Source: Octopus vulgaris (taxonomy: Eukaryota). Taken from it: DNA of 64,000 bases. The notes under the pieces were generated by a model. The model did not search any database and was not told the DNA's origin. It saw only the letters and a list, made by a program, of their open reading frames with translations. The DNA lies in NCBI GenBank assembly GCA_951406725.2, contig OX597818.1, forward strand, positions 140,120,001 through 140,184,000, read 5' to 3'. This document shows positions 1-13,384 of the stretch, in pieces; within the stretch, counting starts at the first letter, position 1; each line of letters opens with the position of its first letter. Made by a program: the position numbers and the translations under genes.

Positions 1-1103
1 CTGATATAAAGCTGGAATTTTTCATGGACAAATATCCACAGCATTTATGGGAATTAACTCCATATTTGAATGCCAATCATTTTGGTTGTTGTAGTTAAAG
101 CATTAATGTTGGTAAAATCGGTAGAGTATCGAGAAAAATACGTTGCGCTATTTAGGCATTTCTGTTTTGCTTTTGCTTCTTTCCTCCGTGCTATTTTTGC
201 CGTTTTCTATAATCTCATCCACCCATCATTCCACCTATTCATCCATCCATCCATCAATCCATCAATCTTTCCTCCTACTTGCATTTATATACATACATTA
301 TTCGTGTTCGTGGATGTACATTAAGATTTTCCATTCTTACTTCAAAAGTAATTAGATATTACAATTCAATGCAATAGTTCCATACCATAGCGTTGCCATA
401 TTCAAGAAAATGTCTAGCTAAACTGCCAAAGATAACTTGTTGATGGTACTTTCTTCCTTATTTTTCGTTTCATTTCTCATATAAATCCAAACTTCTAATT
501 AGATGCTTAGACAGTGTCTTTCACTACTCTAATGTCATTAACCAACAGTTACGCCAGTGTTTTAAACTCCTATACTTTTCTGTTCGCTTCGATAGAGCAT
601 TATAGTAATTTACTATTGTTGTTACAATTATTATTACACTTCTATCATTCTTGTTGCTGAAATTGACGTAAAGATTACGAGTACCCTAGTGCGCTGACCG
701 TAAACTATAACGGTTTCATGTTTAGACACAAGTCTAGCAAATTATGATGGAAACGTTTGGTCGATGATATTAACCCCCAGTATTTGATTCCTTTATTCTA
801 TTGATGCGAAAAGGGGAAAAGCAAAGTCGAGCTCAACAAGATTTAACCTTCGAATGTAAAGATCTGGAAGGAACAGAACAAATCTCTTCTTCAACGCTCT
901 AATGATTCTGCTAGCTCGACGCCACATTAAAATAACAATAATATTTTATGGGATATTTATTTTGGAGATACATGTGATACACGTGACATATCGTTTCATA
1001 AAATATAAATGCTAGGCATTTGTATTATAGGTATTGTAGACGCTCCTCAATGATATGCCTCATAGTGATGACATACGCCAATACAGTGGTACTCCTTTCA
1101 ACA

Positions 1104-1184
<81 letters not shown>

Positions 1185-2096
1185 CATACGCATATATGTA
1201 TATACACATACGTTCACATACACAAATGCATGTGGTCTTTCTCTTCTCTCTCTTCTCTCTCTCTCTCCCTCTCTCTTCTCTCTCTTCTCTCTCTCTCTCT
1301 CTTCTCTTTCTTCTCTCTCTCTCTCTTTCTCTCTCTCTATCGCGCACACACGCACAATGCTCACGCACATTTCATGATGATATATTTCTGTAAGATGATA
1401 TTCATTTCATTATGCCTATGCCAATTCTAGCAGGAATTTTTCATCCAGGCCAGAGCTAATGTTTCACTTATATCTGGTGCATTAAGTACGACACGGATAT
1501 AACGTGAATACGTAATGGCATGCATATATGATGTTCGTCCAGGTTTTTAAACTTACTATTAAGTTTCCTTGATTACAGCGCATGACGAGAGCTCCTAGAA
1601 ACCAGCAAAACTTTGTGATGAAGCGGAATATTTTAACTAAGTGCAATATATGGGTACGATGGGAGCAATCAATTAATTACATTGTCTCTGACTGTCAATA
1701 CAGTGAATTAGATGTATAGTCAATAGAGAATACATATGTTGGCATGTTTGAAACTTTCATATATTGGAAAATATGCGATTATTATGAAATACCAAAGGAA
1801 AAGAAGTATTATATACATATAAAAGAAATCATCTCAGAGGGAAGACAAAACTAGCATACTCTTGGATATTACAATCTACAAAGACAAGGAAATCAATAAC
1901 AATAAACTGGAATAATAATAATAAACTGGACATTATTATCCAGGGCAACCAAAAATAGAGATTCTCATTTTGATGAAATACCAGTCACATTGCGATTTGA
2001 ACGCAAAATGTTTTCGAAATAATATTTGATGCCTTAAAAAGATGTTAAAACACTATAACAAACTAGAATATCTACAAATCCAAGAATTTCACATAC

Positions 2097-2180
<84 letters not shown>

Positions 2181-2238
2181 TTGTAAAAAAGAAGTTTGAA
2201 AACGCCACTATATTAGATAAATTTTAATTTTCTTATGA

Positions 2239-2283
2239 ATTTGACATGTTTCGGTTCTTGAAAAAACGAACCTTATCAAAAAT
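2239..2283 (-). ncRNA. Minimal type I hammerhead ribozyme motif, U3-A8 variant core
   Basis: Minus strand reads attt-TTGATAA-ggttc(gttttttcaa)gaacc-GAAA-catgt-C-aaat: stem I 4 bp, stem II 5 bp, palindromic stem III ACATGT, GUC cleavage triplet. Lies in a ~250-bp cassette between two (TA)n tracts. Confidence 0.6.
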
Positions 2284-2425
2284 ATTATAAAAAGTGCGAT
2301 AGAAAAGTTCATAGTTGTTTCTTACTGGTCTCAATACAATCCATGTGGTGGTGTTTTGTCGGTAGTTGGTATAATCGCTATATTATAGTTGCGTGTAGTA
2401 AAGAAGTTCGTTATTGTTTCTTGCT

Positions 2426-2459
<34 letters not shown>

Positions 2460-4232
2460 ACTATTGCAAGTAGCTTAAGGAACGCAGCCTTGCACTTTGT
2501 AGAGCAGTAAAAATCACAGTATTTATTAGCTACTACTGAAACATAGCATTAGAATGAAGGACAAAATCAATTAGCGTAATTTGTTCTGCCTGTCTGTACT
2601 GTGAGTTCAGTTCTCCTTAAGACCAACTTTAATGTTCATATTTTCGACGTAAATTAAATAATTATCTGTAAAGTCGGTGGATTATAGAAAACGTTAGCGC
2701 GTCAAATGTGATGCCTTGCGGATTTGTTCCGGCTCCTTGCGTTTTGAGATCTTTGGTGGTAAGTTTAATTTACCGCCTGGCTTAATACGTGGTCCTTGGG
2801 AGTCTTCAGTTGATTTCACTTTGTTGCAGGCAAACATCTCCAGCTTCAAAATATAAACTCCTTCCTTCTATCCAACCAGTCCCAGATGACACGAAAAGAT
2901 ACTTTTTTTTCCTTCTCTGAATAAAAGTATAAAACATTTTTTTAAATATTTTTTCCCATTAAAATGTGTATTTATGTGCATCATAATATAAGTTTTGTCT
3001 GTCTATGATCAATGAAATAAATACCAGTAATATACATACATTGATTCAATTTTATTGCACTCCCACCCTTTCAGATATGTGACCCTGCGTTAATGTCAGA
3101 TAACTTTATTAAAGATGACCTTTAAATAACTCAACAATTTCCTGTAAGATGTGATTAATGTCTGTTTTTTATTATTTTATTTAATTTTTTATTGGTCCCA
3201 GATAAATAGGATTGTATAGTTTATTTGTAAATGATCGATTGGGTTGACCTCCTTCTATGGGATAATAATTAATAGATTGAATTCGGTTTAGAGATATGTT
3301 GAGAGGAGACAGACTGGCAGAGAGAAAGGGAAGAAGAGAAAGAGAGACGAAAAGAGGACAAGCAAGAGAGAGAAAGAGGGGGTGTGAGAGAAGGTAGGGT
3401 GAGAGAGAGAGAGAGAGATAGAGAAATGGAGACCTGTTGAAATATTCTCAGCTAATGGTTTAATTTAGATCTAATAAATTTTGTTCAACAGAAACAACAA
3501 ACAGATGAAAAGATGTATTAGATATTTTCGCAGACATGAAACTTTCAGTCAAATGTGAAATTTATGTATGTGGCATTTTATTCAAACACGTGTGTTTATT
3601 CTAAACGCGTGTGTGTGTGTGTGTGTGTTTGTATGAATGAGTATATATGTGTAAATCTCTGTGTGTTTAGGTGCGAATGAATACGGAATACGTGCATGTG
3701 TTTATTTGTGTGTATGGGGAGGGTTAGACTGTGTATCTCGATTTCTTGCTCTCTCATATTATATTAAATTTATTATTTATTTTTTAATTTCTTCATCAAT
3801 TTATCAAACCCAAACTTTGGGAACATTATTTGTATATAGCGAATGTGTTAGCAATTACACACTGATAGCTATATAAATATATATGAATACCCACATAAAT
3901 CGTCGCACTGTATACACATGCACAAATTAATTATACATACATATATACATGCATATATACATATCTATTACTTGGTTTAGTCATTAGACTGCGGCCACAT
4001 TGAGGTACCATATATACATATATATATATGTATGTGTGTGTGCGCGTATGCGTGTATGTGTGTGTGTGTGTGTATGTACGCATATGTATGTGTGTGTGTA
4101 CAGACATATATAGACATATATATACAGACACACACATCCGTGTATATGCACGAATATATGTATATACATATGTTTATATATATGTATGTATATATGTGTG
4201 TGTCTGTCTGTGTGTTTGATGGAGTGTGTTTG

Positions 4233-4273
<41 letters not shown>

Positions 4274-4820
4274 TTTTAGGAACAGTATGCCGGAGTGATT
4301 AAGAAATTCGCTTCGTAAACATAAGGACAACATTTCGTTTCAAGTGTGTGTCACCTAAGGCAAATACAATTATCTATAAACGTGGGTTAGCCAATAATTT
4401 GAGAGTAGAATTAGGTGGAACTGAACTGCGTGGAAAGTCCATCAAGTATATTGTCCTTGGAATTCAAACATGTAACGCTGTCACACTCATTTAACATAAA
4501 TTCTGGGTTGTATGTAAAACGTACCTGTGTCTATGGAACACATATCCAACCAATAAAACGCAAGTTCACAAGGCCTGATAGGTTAATTGATCGTATATCT
4601 GAATTATTATAGTCGGCAATTCCGAAAATATTCCTTTTGCACTCCACGTCCAATACACAGAGAGAAACACACACGCACAGACATGGAGGCATGCACACAT
4701 GCAATTCTGTACCCAAATACACTCATGTATGTATACAAGAGTAAGGAAAATAAAATCGTACGTCCTCTTGTTCCTGTAATTTACTCAAACAAAAGCAGGG
4801 GTTGAACAATTATATCAATT

Positions 4821-6277
4821 TTAGACGTAACTTCCATGTTTTTCTTTGCAGTCCTTCAAGCGAGCCACGAGGCAGCTTATTCCTTCGGAGAAGGTTTTCA
4901 GTTGGCTGCACAACCATTTGTGCACCACCTCTTGTGCCACAATGTTCCATTTAATGCCCCCTATCGTTTTAACTTCCTCAGCATAAATTTTTCCGTCGAA
5001 GGTTGAATCTTGAAATTTTCTGCTGGCGTTTCCAATCCGTGCTCTCCCTTTTGAATTCATATGTGCCGTTCACCTGTTCAGCGTACTCCATATAAACCTT
5101 GGACTACGAACTATCCGTCTTAGGCCACGACTGGTATTTCACCGGTCGTGCTTTGGACACTAGCGCACAACCTCTAGATGATTCTACACAATTTTCAATG
5201 TCCCGGTTCATTGTCAGCCAATATAAATATTTCCTCATTAAGGCATTCATTCTCGATATTCCCGGGTGTCTACTGTGGAATTCTTGCAGTACACATTTCT
5301 CTAGTGCAGTTGGTACTACCACTCTTTCCGCGTACATTTAAACATCGTCGTATAGTGAACAATTATTCGAATTTGTATTTTAATTTTGCTTATTTTTCAA
5401 CATTTCTTTCATTCTTGTAATGTAATTATCCTCTGCGGATTTCATTTTTATCTCATGCGCTAAAACTGGCAGTTCGTGAATAACATTACTCCTAACGTTT
5501 TAAATTAATTTTTTCTTCAATTCAGCTACTGAGTTCTTTTCACTGTACAGTACCTGTTTATTGGGAGATCCCATAATTCAAAATAACTCCAACCAGTCGG
5601 TACCAAACAGATAGGTTGCGTTCTTTACGACGAAAACTTTCGCCCTGCAAGTTTTCATCGAAATGTGACACCATTCCACATTTCACAAATGTGTACTTTG
5701 TCACCCGTCATGCCACGTGCAGTTTTCGCGGTTTTTCTTAACATATATTTCCTTATTTTCCTCAACGTGTCTGTGTTAATGATTGAAATGTCACTAACAG
5801 TATCCAGTTATAATTTAATATTTACTCCATTTACTTTTACGTATACAACTTTCCTTATTTGGGAGTTGATTTTACTTTCTGCCGAGAGCACTTTAAAATT
5901 TGTTACATTTGACCTTCGTGCTTTTGTTCTGTAGGGTGAGCTCTTGTGTGTGGGGCTAAATTTTTGACAACTGTAACAATTTTGACTTTTAAAAGAACAA
6001 TCTTTTCTGAAATGTAGTCCTCCACATCCGTGACAGGGATTAGGATCTAGCAATCTGTTTGGTTATACTTTCTCGGGCGACATGTCTGTATTTTTGCGAA
6101 ATCATTTCCTTGAATTTTTCTTACGTCAGATTCATCATATGCCCAACTATAACTTATATCTGACAATCATTTCTTGGATTTGAAATTTCTTATCAGACCA
6201 CAGTGTATTCTGATAGACGTTTCCAATCCATACTCTATTAATTCTGATGTTCTAGAGGTTTGGTGATGTATCCTACA
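4821..6277 (-). mobile_element. Degenerate, internally deleted Gypsy/Ty3 LTR retrotransposon (gag zinc knuckles, protease, integrase)
   Basis: ORF 5808-6053 has CHGCGGLHFRKDC/CYSCQK knuckles followed by protease-like VKVNGVNIKL*LDT. ORF 5104-5337 has the integrase zinc-binding region LQEFHSRHPGISRMNALMRKYLYW..M..DIE..V...RGC. ORF 4821-5060 continues the integrase. No RT core is seen between PR and IN. A possible LTR start TGTAGGATAC lies at 6277 (minus). Confidence 0.85.
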
Positions 6278-6585
6278 CATTCCTTTTTGTACATTAATTA
6301 CTTACTCACCAAATCCTGACAGCATACACATATTGAAGTGATGCTGCCCTTTATGCATAAACATCATCCATTTATATGCTAAACACTATGATAGATTTGC
6401 TTTCATGAACAACGTCCTTGAGAAGATTCTAAAATAGGAACATAACAACCTAGTCTTTTTTGACAGTTCAAGGCAATCACTACACATACCAAAGAAACCC
6501 TACCCCCTTTAGTCATGAATAACATGCAATTAAAACTTTCAAAGCCACTTCAAATATTTGATCCCATAATATATAATCACTTATG

Positions 6586-6818
6586 TATTTCTTTACTACC
6601 CACTAGGGGCTAAACATGGAGAGGATAAACAAGGACAGACAAACCGATTAAGTCGATTACATCGAACCCAGTGCGTAACTGGTACTTAATTTAGCGACCC
6701 CGAAAGGATGAAAGGCAAAGTCGACCTTGGCGGAATTTGAACTCAGAACGTAACGACAGACGAAATACCGCTAAGCATTTCGCCCGACACGCTAACGTTT
6801 CTGCCAGCTCGCCGCCTT
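6586..6818 (-). mobile_element. tRNA-derived SINE family A, full length with 17-bp TSD
   Basis: Head AAGGCGGCGAGCTGGCAGAAACGTTAG...GAGTTCAAATTCC (A/B boxes) and central GCCTTTCATCCTTTCGGGGTCG domain. TSD atatataatcacttatg at 6569-6585 and 6819-6835. Confidence 0.92.
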
Positions 6819-7025
6819 ATATATAATCACTTATGGCAACATACATAATATTGCCAAAACTGCATCACAAAAAGTAAGATTTCTCTCTTTGAGCATAAAA
6901 TAATTCAATCCTGATCAGTTTCTTATCTATTAGAAAGCTTGGGTGTAATCTACATTGAAACTATTCTGATGGGTTACATCCTAGTTCACTTGTTCAAGTT
7001 TTGAAGGAATTCCTTCCCCTGTATC

Positions 7026-7259
7026 TATTTCTTTATTACCCACAAGGCGCTAAACACAGAGGGGACAAACAAGGACAGACTTAGGTATTTAGTCGATTAC
7101 ATCGACCCCAGTGCGTAACTGGTACTTACTTTATCGACCCCGAAAGGATGAAAAGCAAAGTCGACCTCGGCGGAATTTGAACTCACAACGTAACGGCAGA
7201 CGAAATACCGCGAAGCATTTCGCCCGGCGTGCTAACGTTTCTGCCAGCTCGCCGCCTTA
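7026..7259 (-). mobile_element. SINE family A, full length
   Basis: Near-identical to 6586-6818. Confidence 0.9.
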
Positions 7260-7759
7260 TCTGGTTTTAAATCACATAAGGCTCCCCTATATCTGCATCT
7301 TCATTTGCTTCCTCACTGCGAAGCAAATAACAAAAAGGAACGCGTTACACGTCATTCTTTTCAGAGCATTTGCTCAAACTCCAAATCTCATATAACTAAC
7401 TGTCACCATTGACAATCAATTAGCAGTATAATTCAAACCTCACAATTTAATATAAGCTAGGATCAACCCTTCGTACAATGATCTCAGAAAGTTTTCGCGG
7501 TTTTTCTTAACATATGTTTCCTTATTTTCTTCAACGTGTCTGTGTTAATGATTGAAATGTCATTAACAGTATCCAGTTATAATTTAATATGTAGGATACA
7601 TCACCAAACAATGGGTCCTCTTAAAGGACACATTTCACGTAATATTCTTCACAAAATTTTCAAATATTTCTTGTCCAAATGAATCAGAATTTCGTTGAGC
7701 CAGCATGGAGATGGTAAAGTCTATTTTCTCTCCGGTAGATTTTGTTCAGAGCAGGACTA

Positions 7760-7902
7760 TAATTGGTACGCATTTTATCGACCTTGAAAGAATAAAAGGC
7801 AACGCCTACGGTGGAGGAATTTGAACTCAGACCGGAAAGATGGACGAGATGCCGCTAAACAATTTGTTCGGCGTGCAAATGATTCTGCCATCTCGCTGCT
7901 TT
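7760..7902 (-). mobile_element. Degenerate SINE family A-related copy
   Basis: Contains tttatcgacc..gaaag..aaaggc..ggaatttgaactcag..gattctgcca. Similar old copies lie at ~770-925, ~9385-9745 and ~14050-14285. Confidence 0.65.
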
Positions 7903-9045
7903 GAGCAAGCCTAAATTTAAAGTTGTTCAAGTACTGTACATCCAACTATGGCGTATTCAGAACAAGATTATCCACGAAACACGAAACTGCGAATACTAAC
8001 AGATTTCACTGGTTTTTCTTCGTCTATCTATAGTTTGGCTCGTGCTCTTCCAATATTGCGTATTCCATACACAGACCTGATTGATCGCAATAGTGATCAG
8101 AAGTGTCACATTCGTAAACACCATGTCTTTCTATATCGGTGATGATACAGCTGAATGCAAACTTCTTTATTCACAATGTCAATGAAATATGAAGCAAATT
8201 TGGTTGCTATCTCTAACAGGCTGATTGACTTAGTATATAAAATCTCCGGCTTTGCATGTAAACTAGAGTCATATACTGAAATATACATTATAAAATGTAT
8301 TTCTTAGTGTTATAATAATATTCATATATTCAGAAGTTTTTTGATGGCTCAAAATAATTAATATTTCAATAAGTAATCCTCACAGATTTTTTTTTGTATG
8401 ACAATTATATTTCAAAACCTAGAAAAAGACAAACAGACGGTCAACATGCCATGTCTACAAATCATGAAAAATATTGTTATTATGTTTGGATTTAACGTTG
8501 CTCGCAGAATATGTTCTTATAAATCACGAGGATTTGATATTTAGGTCGAAAATACTAGAATAAAACATGCCATTAATTTATCTTCAGAAATGATTTTAAA
8601 TATCTTTCAACAGAATTTTATATTAGATTTGTTTTAATTTCATATCAAAATGTTTAATGAAACTGTTTTATATAGAAAAAAGTACTAAGAAAAGAAAGAA
8701 ATCCAATTAAAAAAAAAGGGGGCAACCAATATAAACAGATGAAATATTATAAGGAAATGACTATAAAAAGCAAATACATGCAAAAAAAGATACAAAAAAT
8801 AAATGTATACATATATGTACGAATAAACAAATATAGGCGAAAGTAAAAATGTGTGTGTGTGTTTGTGTGTGTTTATGTGTGTATATGTGTAAATAAATGC
8901 ATATATGAACAGTTGTGTACGTATATATATATGTATATATACATATATATAGATAAATATATATAGATATATACATACATTCATACATGCATACACTTCC
9001 ATTATGTACATACATTATCATTAATACACACACACAGACAGACAT

Positions 9046-9085
<40 letters not shown>

Positions 9086-9932
9086 CAACACATCTAGTTT
9101 TACTATATATAATTTGTTTATACGCGCACACACACTTACGCACATTTATCTGTATTGAAAAGTTTAATCTGCTCTTTCATTTTGTAGTTCAGTCCTTAGT
9201 CTTCTCATAGACTTAGCAAATTTTATTCTTAAGTAATCGAAATTAAAAGATAGCAGAGATAATGGACTTAATTTCACTAAATTTTCTCTAAGAATTAACG
9301 CCGTTCAAAAGATATTCGCACCAAGAGCACTTGAGTGCGAATATTAGCACTAGAATTAGAATTAGAAAAGACCTAGAATTAGGGTGCCAGTACTTGACTA
9401 CTCCTTACTTCATTGTTACCGAAAGGATGACATGGAAGGACGATCTCAGCGGAATTTTACTCATATCCTAAAGACAGACGAAATGCCTTTAAGCATTTTG
9501 TCCGCCGTGCTGGCGATTCTACCAGCTTGAAAATTGTCTTAAATATTGGCACATGGTCTGAAAATTGTGGAGAGGGCGATAGCCGATTACAATGTCCCCA
9601 GTGTTAAACTGGTTCTTAAGTTATCGACCCCGAAAGGATGAAGGGCAAAGTCGACCAGAAATTGAATTCAGAACATATAGATGGACGAAATTCTACATAA
9701 CATTTCTCCCAGCGTGCGAACGATACTGTGAGCTTGCCGTCTTAAGGTCAATAAAAATAATGAACTTTAAATTTTGGCCCAAAGCAAGAAGTTTTGGGTT
9801 GGAGTTTGAAGATTACATCGATCAACAGACCCCGAAAAGCACAAATAGCGAAAAGAAATGTATATATATACAAAATTAAAAATGATGACTACTTAGCAAT
9901 TACAACCTAAAGACAAAATTGATAGAGGTCAC

Positions 9933-9995
<63 letters not shown>

Positions 9996-10574
9996 GTGAT
10001 TAGCACCGCTTTTGCTACAGAAAACCCTTAAAATAACCCAAAAGCCATTGCTGTTGTGGCTCTTGAGTTACTTTAGCTCTTCTCTTTTGCAAATGCGGTG
10101 CTACTCGGTACCGCCTAAATACTTTGCTTATATACATATATATATATATATAACTTGTTAATACAAATTTGGTGTGTTGCATTCCATTTGGAAAATAAAC
10201 AAACGATATAACGTATACTAAGTGTACAATCGGACGGGAGACAAACACAGAACGTCCCAAATGCTTCAGCAGTTACCAACCATTACCATTTGGTTGATAA
10301 CTACTTATGAAGAATTAGGAACCTTCTGTGTTTGTCTCCCGTCCGATTGTACACTCAGTATACGTTATGTTGTTTGTTTATTTACGATGCATTTGTTTTT
10401 ATTTATTAATGGAATGCAACAACACCTCCAACTGAAGAGGCAATTGGCTGCGGATGATCCGTTTTGTCTTGTTTGTCGTTGTGTTATAGTTCTATTTTCC
10501 ACATGTTGGGTTTTGACAGTTTCTGTTTGTTTTTTTCTGTTCTACCTTCGATTTATATATATGTATATATATAT

Positions 10575-10609
<35 letters not shown>

Positions 10610-10834
10610 GAGAGAATGACAGATACCGGGAGCAATGGTGACAGAGGGAGAAGATGTGATGTGCCAGCGTATACCCTCCAGGTACGGGGATGAGAATATA
10701 AGTTTGATAGTAGAGAATTGATAAGGGTGGATTAGTAAAAGAGAAGTTTTGGTATATTCTCAAGCGCAGCATGAAATAGTAAAATGTTTACAGAATCGCT
10801 TACGGCATCGAACCATGCGTATGTTGAATACTGT

Positions 10835-11221
10835 GGAGGCGCAATGGCCCAGTGGTTAGGGCAGCGGACTCGCGGTCATAGGATCGCGATTTCGATTCCC
10901 AGACCGGGCGTTGTGAGTGTTTATTGAGCGAAAATACCTAAAAGTTCCACGAGGCTCCGGCAGGGGATGGTGGTGATCCCTGCTGTACTCTTTCACCACA
11001 ACTTTCTCTCACTCTTACTTCCTGTTTCTGTTGTACCTGTATTTCAAAGGGCCGGCCTTGTCACTCACTGTGTCACGCTGAATATCCCCGAGAACTACGT
11101 TAAGGGTACACGTGTCTGTGGAGTTTGCTCAGCCACTTACACGTTAATTTCACGAGCAGGCTGTTCCGTTGATTCGGATCAACCGGGACCCTCGTCGTCG
11201 TAACCGACGGAGTGCAAGAAG
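10835..11221 (+). mobile_element. tRNA-derived SINE family B (resembles octopus OR-type SINE), full length with TSD
   Basis: Head GGAGGCGCAATGGCCCAGTGGTTAGGGCAGCGGACTCGCGG..TTCGATTCCC and tail CCCTCGTCGTCGTAACCGACGGAGTGC. TSD atgttgaatactgt at 10821-10834 and 11222-11235. Confidence 0.9.
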
Positions 11222-11432
11222 ATGTTGAATACTGTTGGACTGTTACCTGTTGCGACAGGATTTACCTAAAGTTAGTACGCCACTGGATCAGCTAGTGGTC
11301 TTTACCTCAATTCGTTGGCCCAAATTTTGTGTTGTGTTTATGTTTATTTATTTAGTTGATCTCTTTTTTATTTTTGTAACCTCTTTAAAACTCATATATA
11401 TATATAATACACACGCACACACATGCACACAT

Positions 11433-11468
<36 letters not shown>

Positions 11469-11714
11469 GTGCACACACACATATATTATATATTAAGAGT
11501 ATTTCGAGGGCTCTTAATATGTTGTCTTCAATGGAGCTAAAATATGCTCAACTTTCTCTCTAATTTTCTCTTCATCTCTCTCTTCTCTCTATCTCTTTTT
11601 CTTTTTCCTTCCCTGTATGTACACGTGTATATATATATATATATATACACTGACACACACACACACGCACATAATTATATATGTATATAGATTTATATAT
11701 ATATATACATTCAT

Positions 11715-11745
<31 letters not shown>

Positions 11746-12272
11746 CACACATTGGTATGCATACATGGGTGTAAATGTATACACACACATATACATAGCC
11801 ACATATTTATATACACATATATACACACACACATACGTCTATATTAAGGAGACAGACAAAACGATGACTACCATCATTAAAGCTATTGTTAAAACTTATA
11901 ATTATATACAAACGAATTTTAAATCACATAGGAAGAAAGTCAGTGGGGAGGGGGGAAATAAGTCGAAGGCACAAGCTGGAATGTAATTCCACTTATCTCC
12001 CACATGGTGTCCATCGTTCAGATGTCTTTCAATAGTGAGCCTGATTATAGTAATAATACAAAAGTTGATACCTTTTGATTTTCTAACATATTCATATTTA
12101 TACAATAATGCTCGATGATTCGCCTTTGCAGTTGTCGTTGCTATTGCTGTTGTTGTTTTTGTTGCTTTTCCTGTTTAACCCTTGGTGAAAGCTGGACGAG
12201 TAGGCCTTTGACTATAAGCTCTCCAGCCGTAACGATTCTTGTTTTCTGTATATTTTTTTCGTCATAAATACC

Positions 12273-12504
12273 TATTTCTTTACTACCCACAAGGGGCTAA
12301 ACACAGAAAGGACAAACAAGGACAGACAAACGGATTAAGTCGATTATATCGACCCCAGTGCGTAACTGGTACTTAATTTATCGACCCCGAAAGGATGAAA
12401 GGCAAAGTCGACCTCGGCGGAATTTGAACTCGGAACGTAACATCAGACGAAATACTGTAAAGCATTTCGCCCGGCGTGCTAACGTTTCTGTCAGCTCACC
12501 GCCT
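12273..12504 (-). mobile_element. SINE family A, full length
   Basis: Matches family A; imperfect TSD ttttc(g/a)tcataaata on both sides. Confidence 0.9.
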
Positions 12505-12676
12505 TTTCATCATAAATATCGGGTCCGTGACCACATTAATCTGTCTGTCTTCTTTCAATCGATACAAAGGCGTAATTAGAAAATGTGACGAATTTCTAGT
12601 ATTGCATTTCGTGAGACGGGATCAGTGCTTCCCTTACTGACTCACGGGTCATGATTGTTATTAGTATCCTCACTGT

Positions 12677-13057
12677 GGAGGCGCAATGGCCCAGTAGTTA
12701 GGGCAGCGGACTCGCGGTCGTAGGATCGCAGTTTCGATTCCCAGACCGAGCGTTGTGAGTGTTTATTGAGCGAAAACACCTAAAAGCTCCACGAGGCTCC
12801 GGCAGGGATGGTGGTGAACCTTGCTGTACTCTTTCACCACAACTTTCTCTCACCCTTACTTCCTGTTTCTGTTGTACTTGTATTTCAAAGGGCCGGCCTT
12901 GTCACTCTCTGTGCCACGCTGAATATCCCCTAGAACTATGTTAAAGGTACACGTGTCTGTGGAGTGCTCAGCCACTTGCACGTTAATATCACGAGCAAGC
13001 TGTTCCGTTGATCGTATCAGCTGGAACCCTCGTCGTCGTAACCGACGGAGTGCTCCC
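12677..13057 (+). mobile_element. SINE family B, full length with TSD
   Basis: Matches 10835-11221; TSD tagta(t/a)cctcactgt on both sides. Confidence 0.9.
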
Positions 13058-13384
13058 TAGTAACCTCACTGTCGTTGTCGTCGTCGTTGGTGTCGATCTT
13101 GATACTCTTGTTGCTGTTTTCCTTAAATCCTAGATCAGCAGTGTGGAAGAAAACATCATGAAATATTTACATTTAAATCGTATTTACCAACTTTCCCTCA
13201 AATACGGTCAGCCACTATGTAACTATACTCTTTTAATGTCGCACTTTTGCTTAGCGTTTTTCTCCTATCAACGGCAGTTCGTTCAAATTACACGAAGCCA
13301 ATTTTACCTATCTTTCGTGGTTGATAAAATAAGTACCAATTGAGCAGTGGGGTCTATGTAATTCACTTTGCACAGCTTCTAACA

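Noticed and set aside
7111-7395. Recurrent ORF MRNWY..YRPRKDE.QSRPRRNLNS (also 12358, 9592)
   Set aside because: Antisense translation of SINE family A.
10835-10905. tRNA-like sequence with A/B boxes
   Set aside because: It is the SINE head and continues into SINE body with TSDs; not a tRNA gene.
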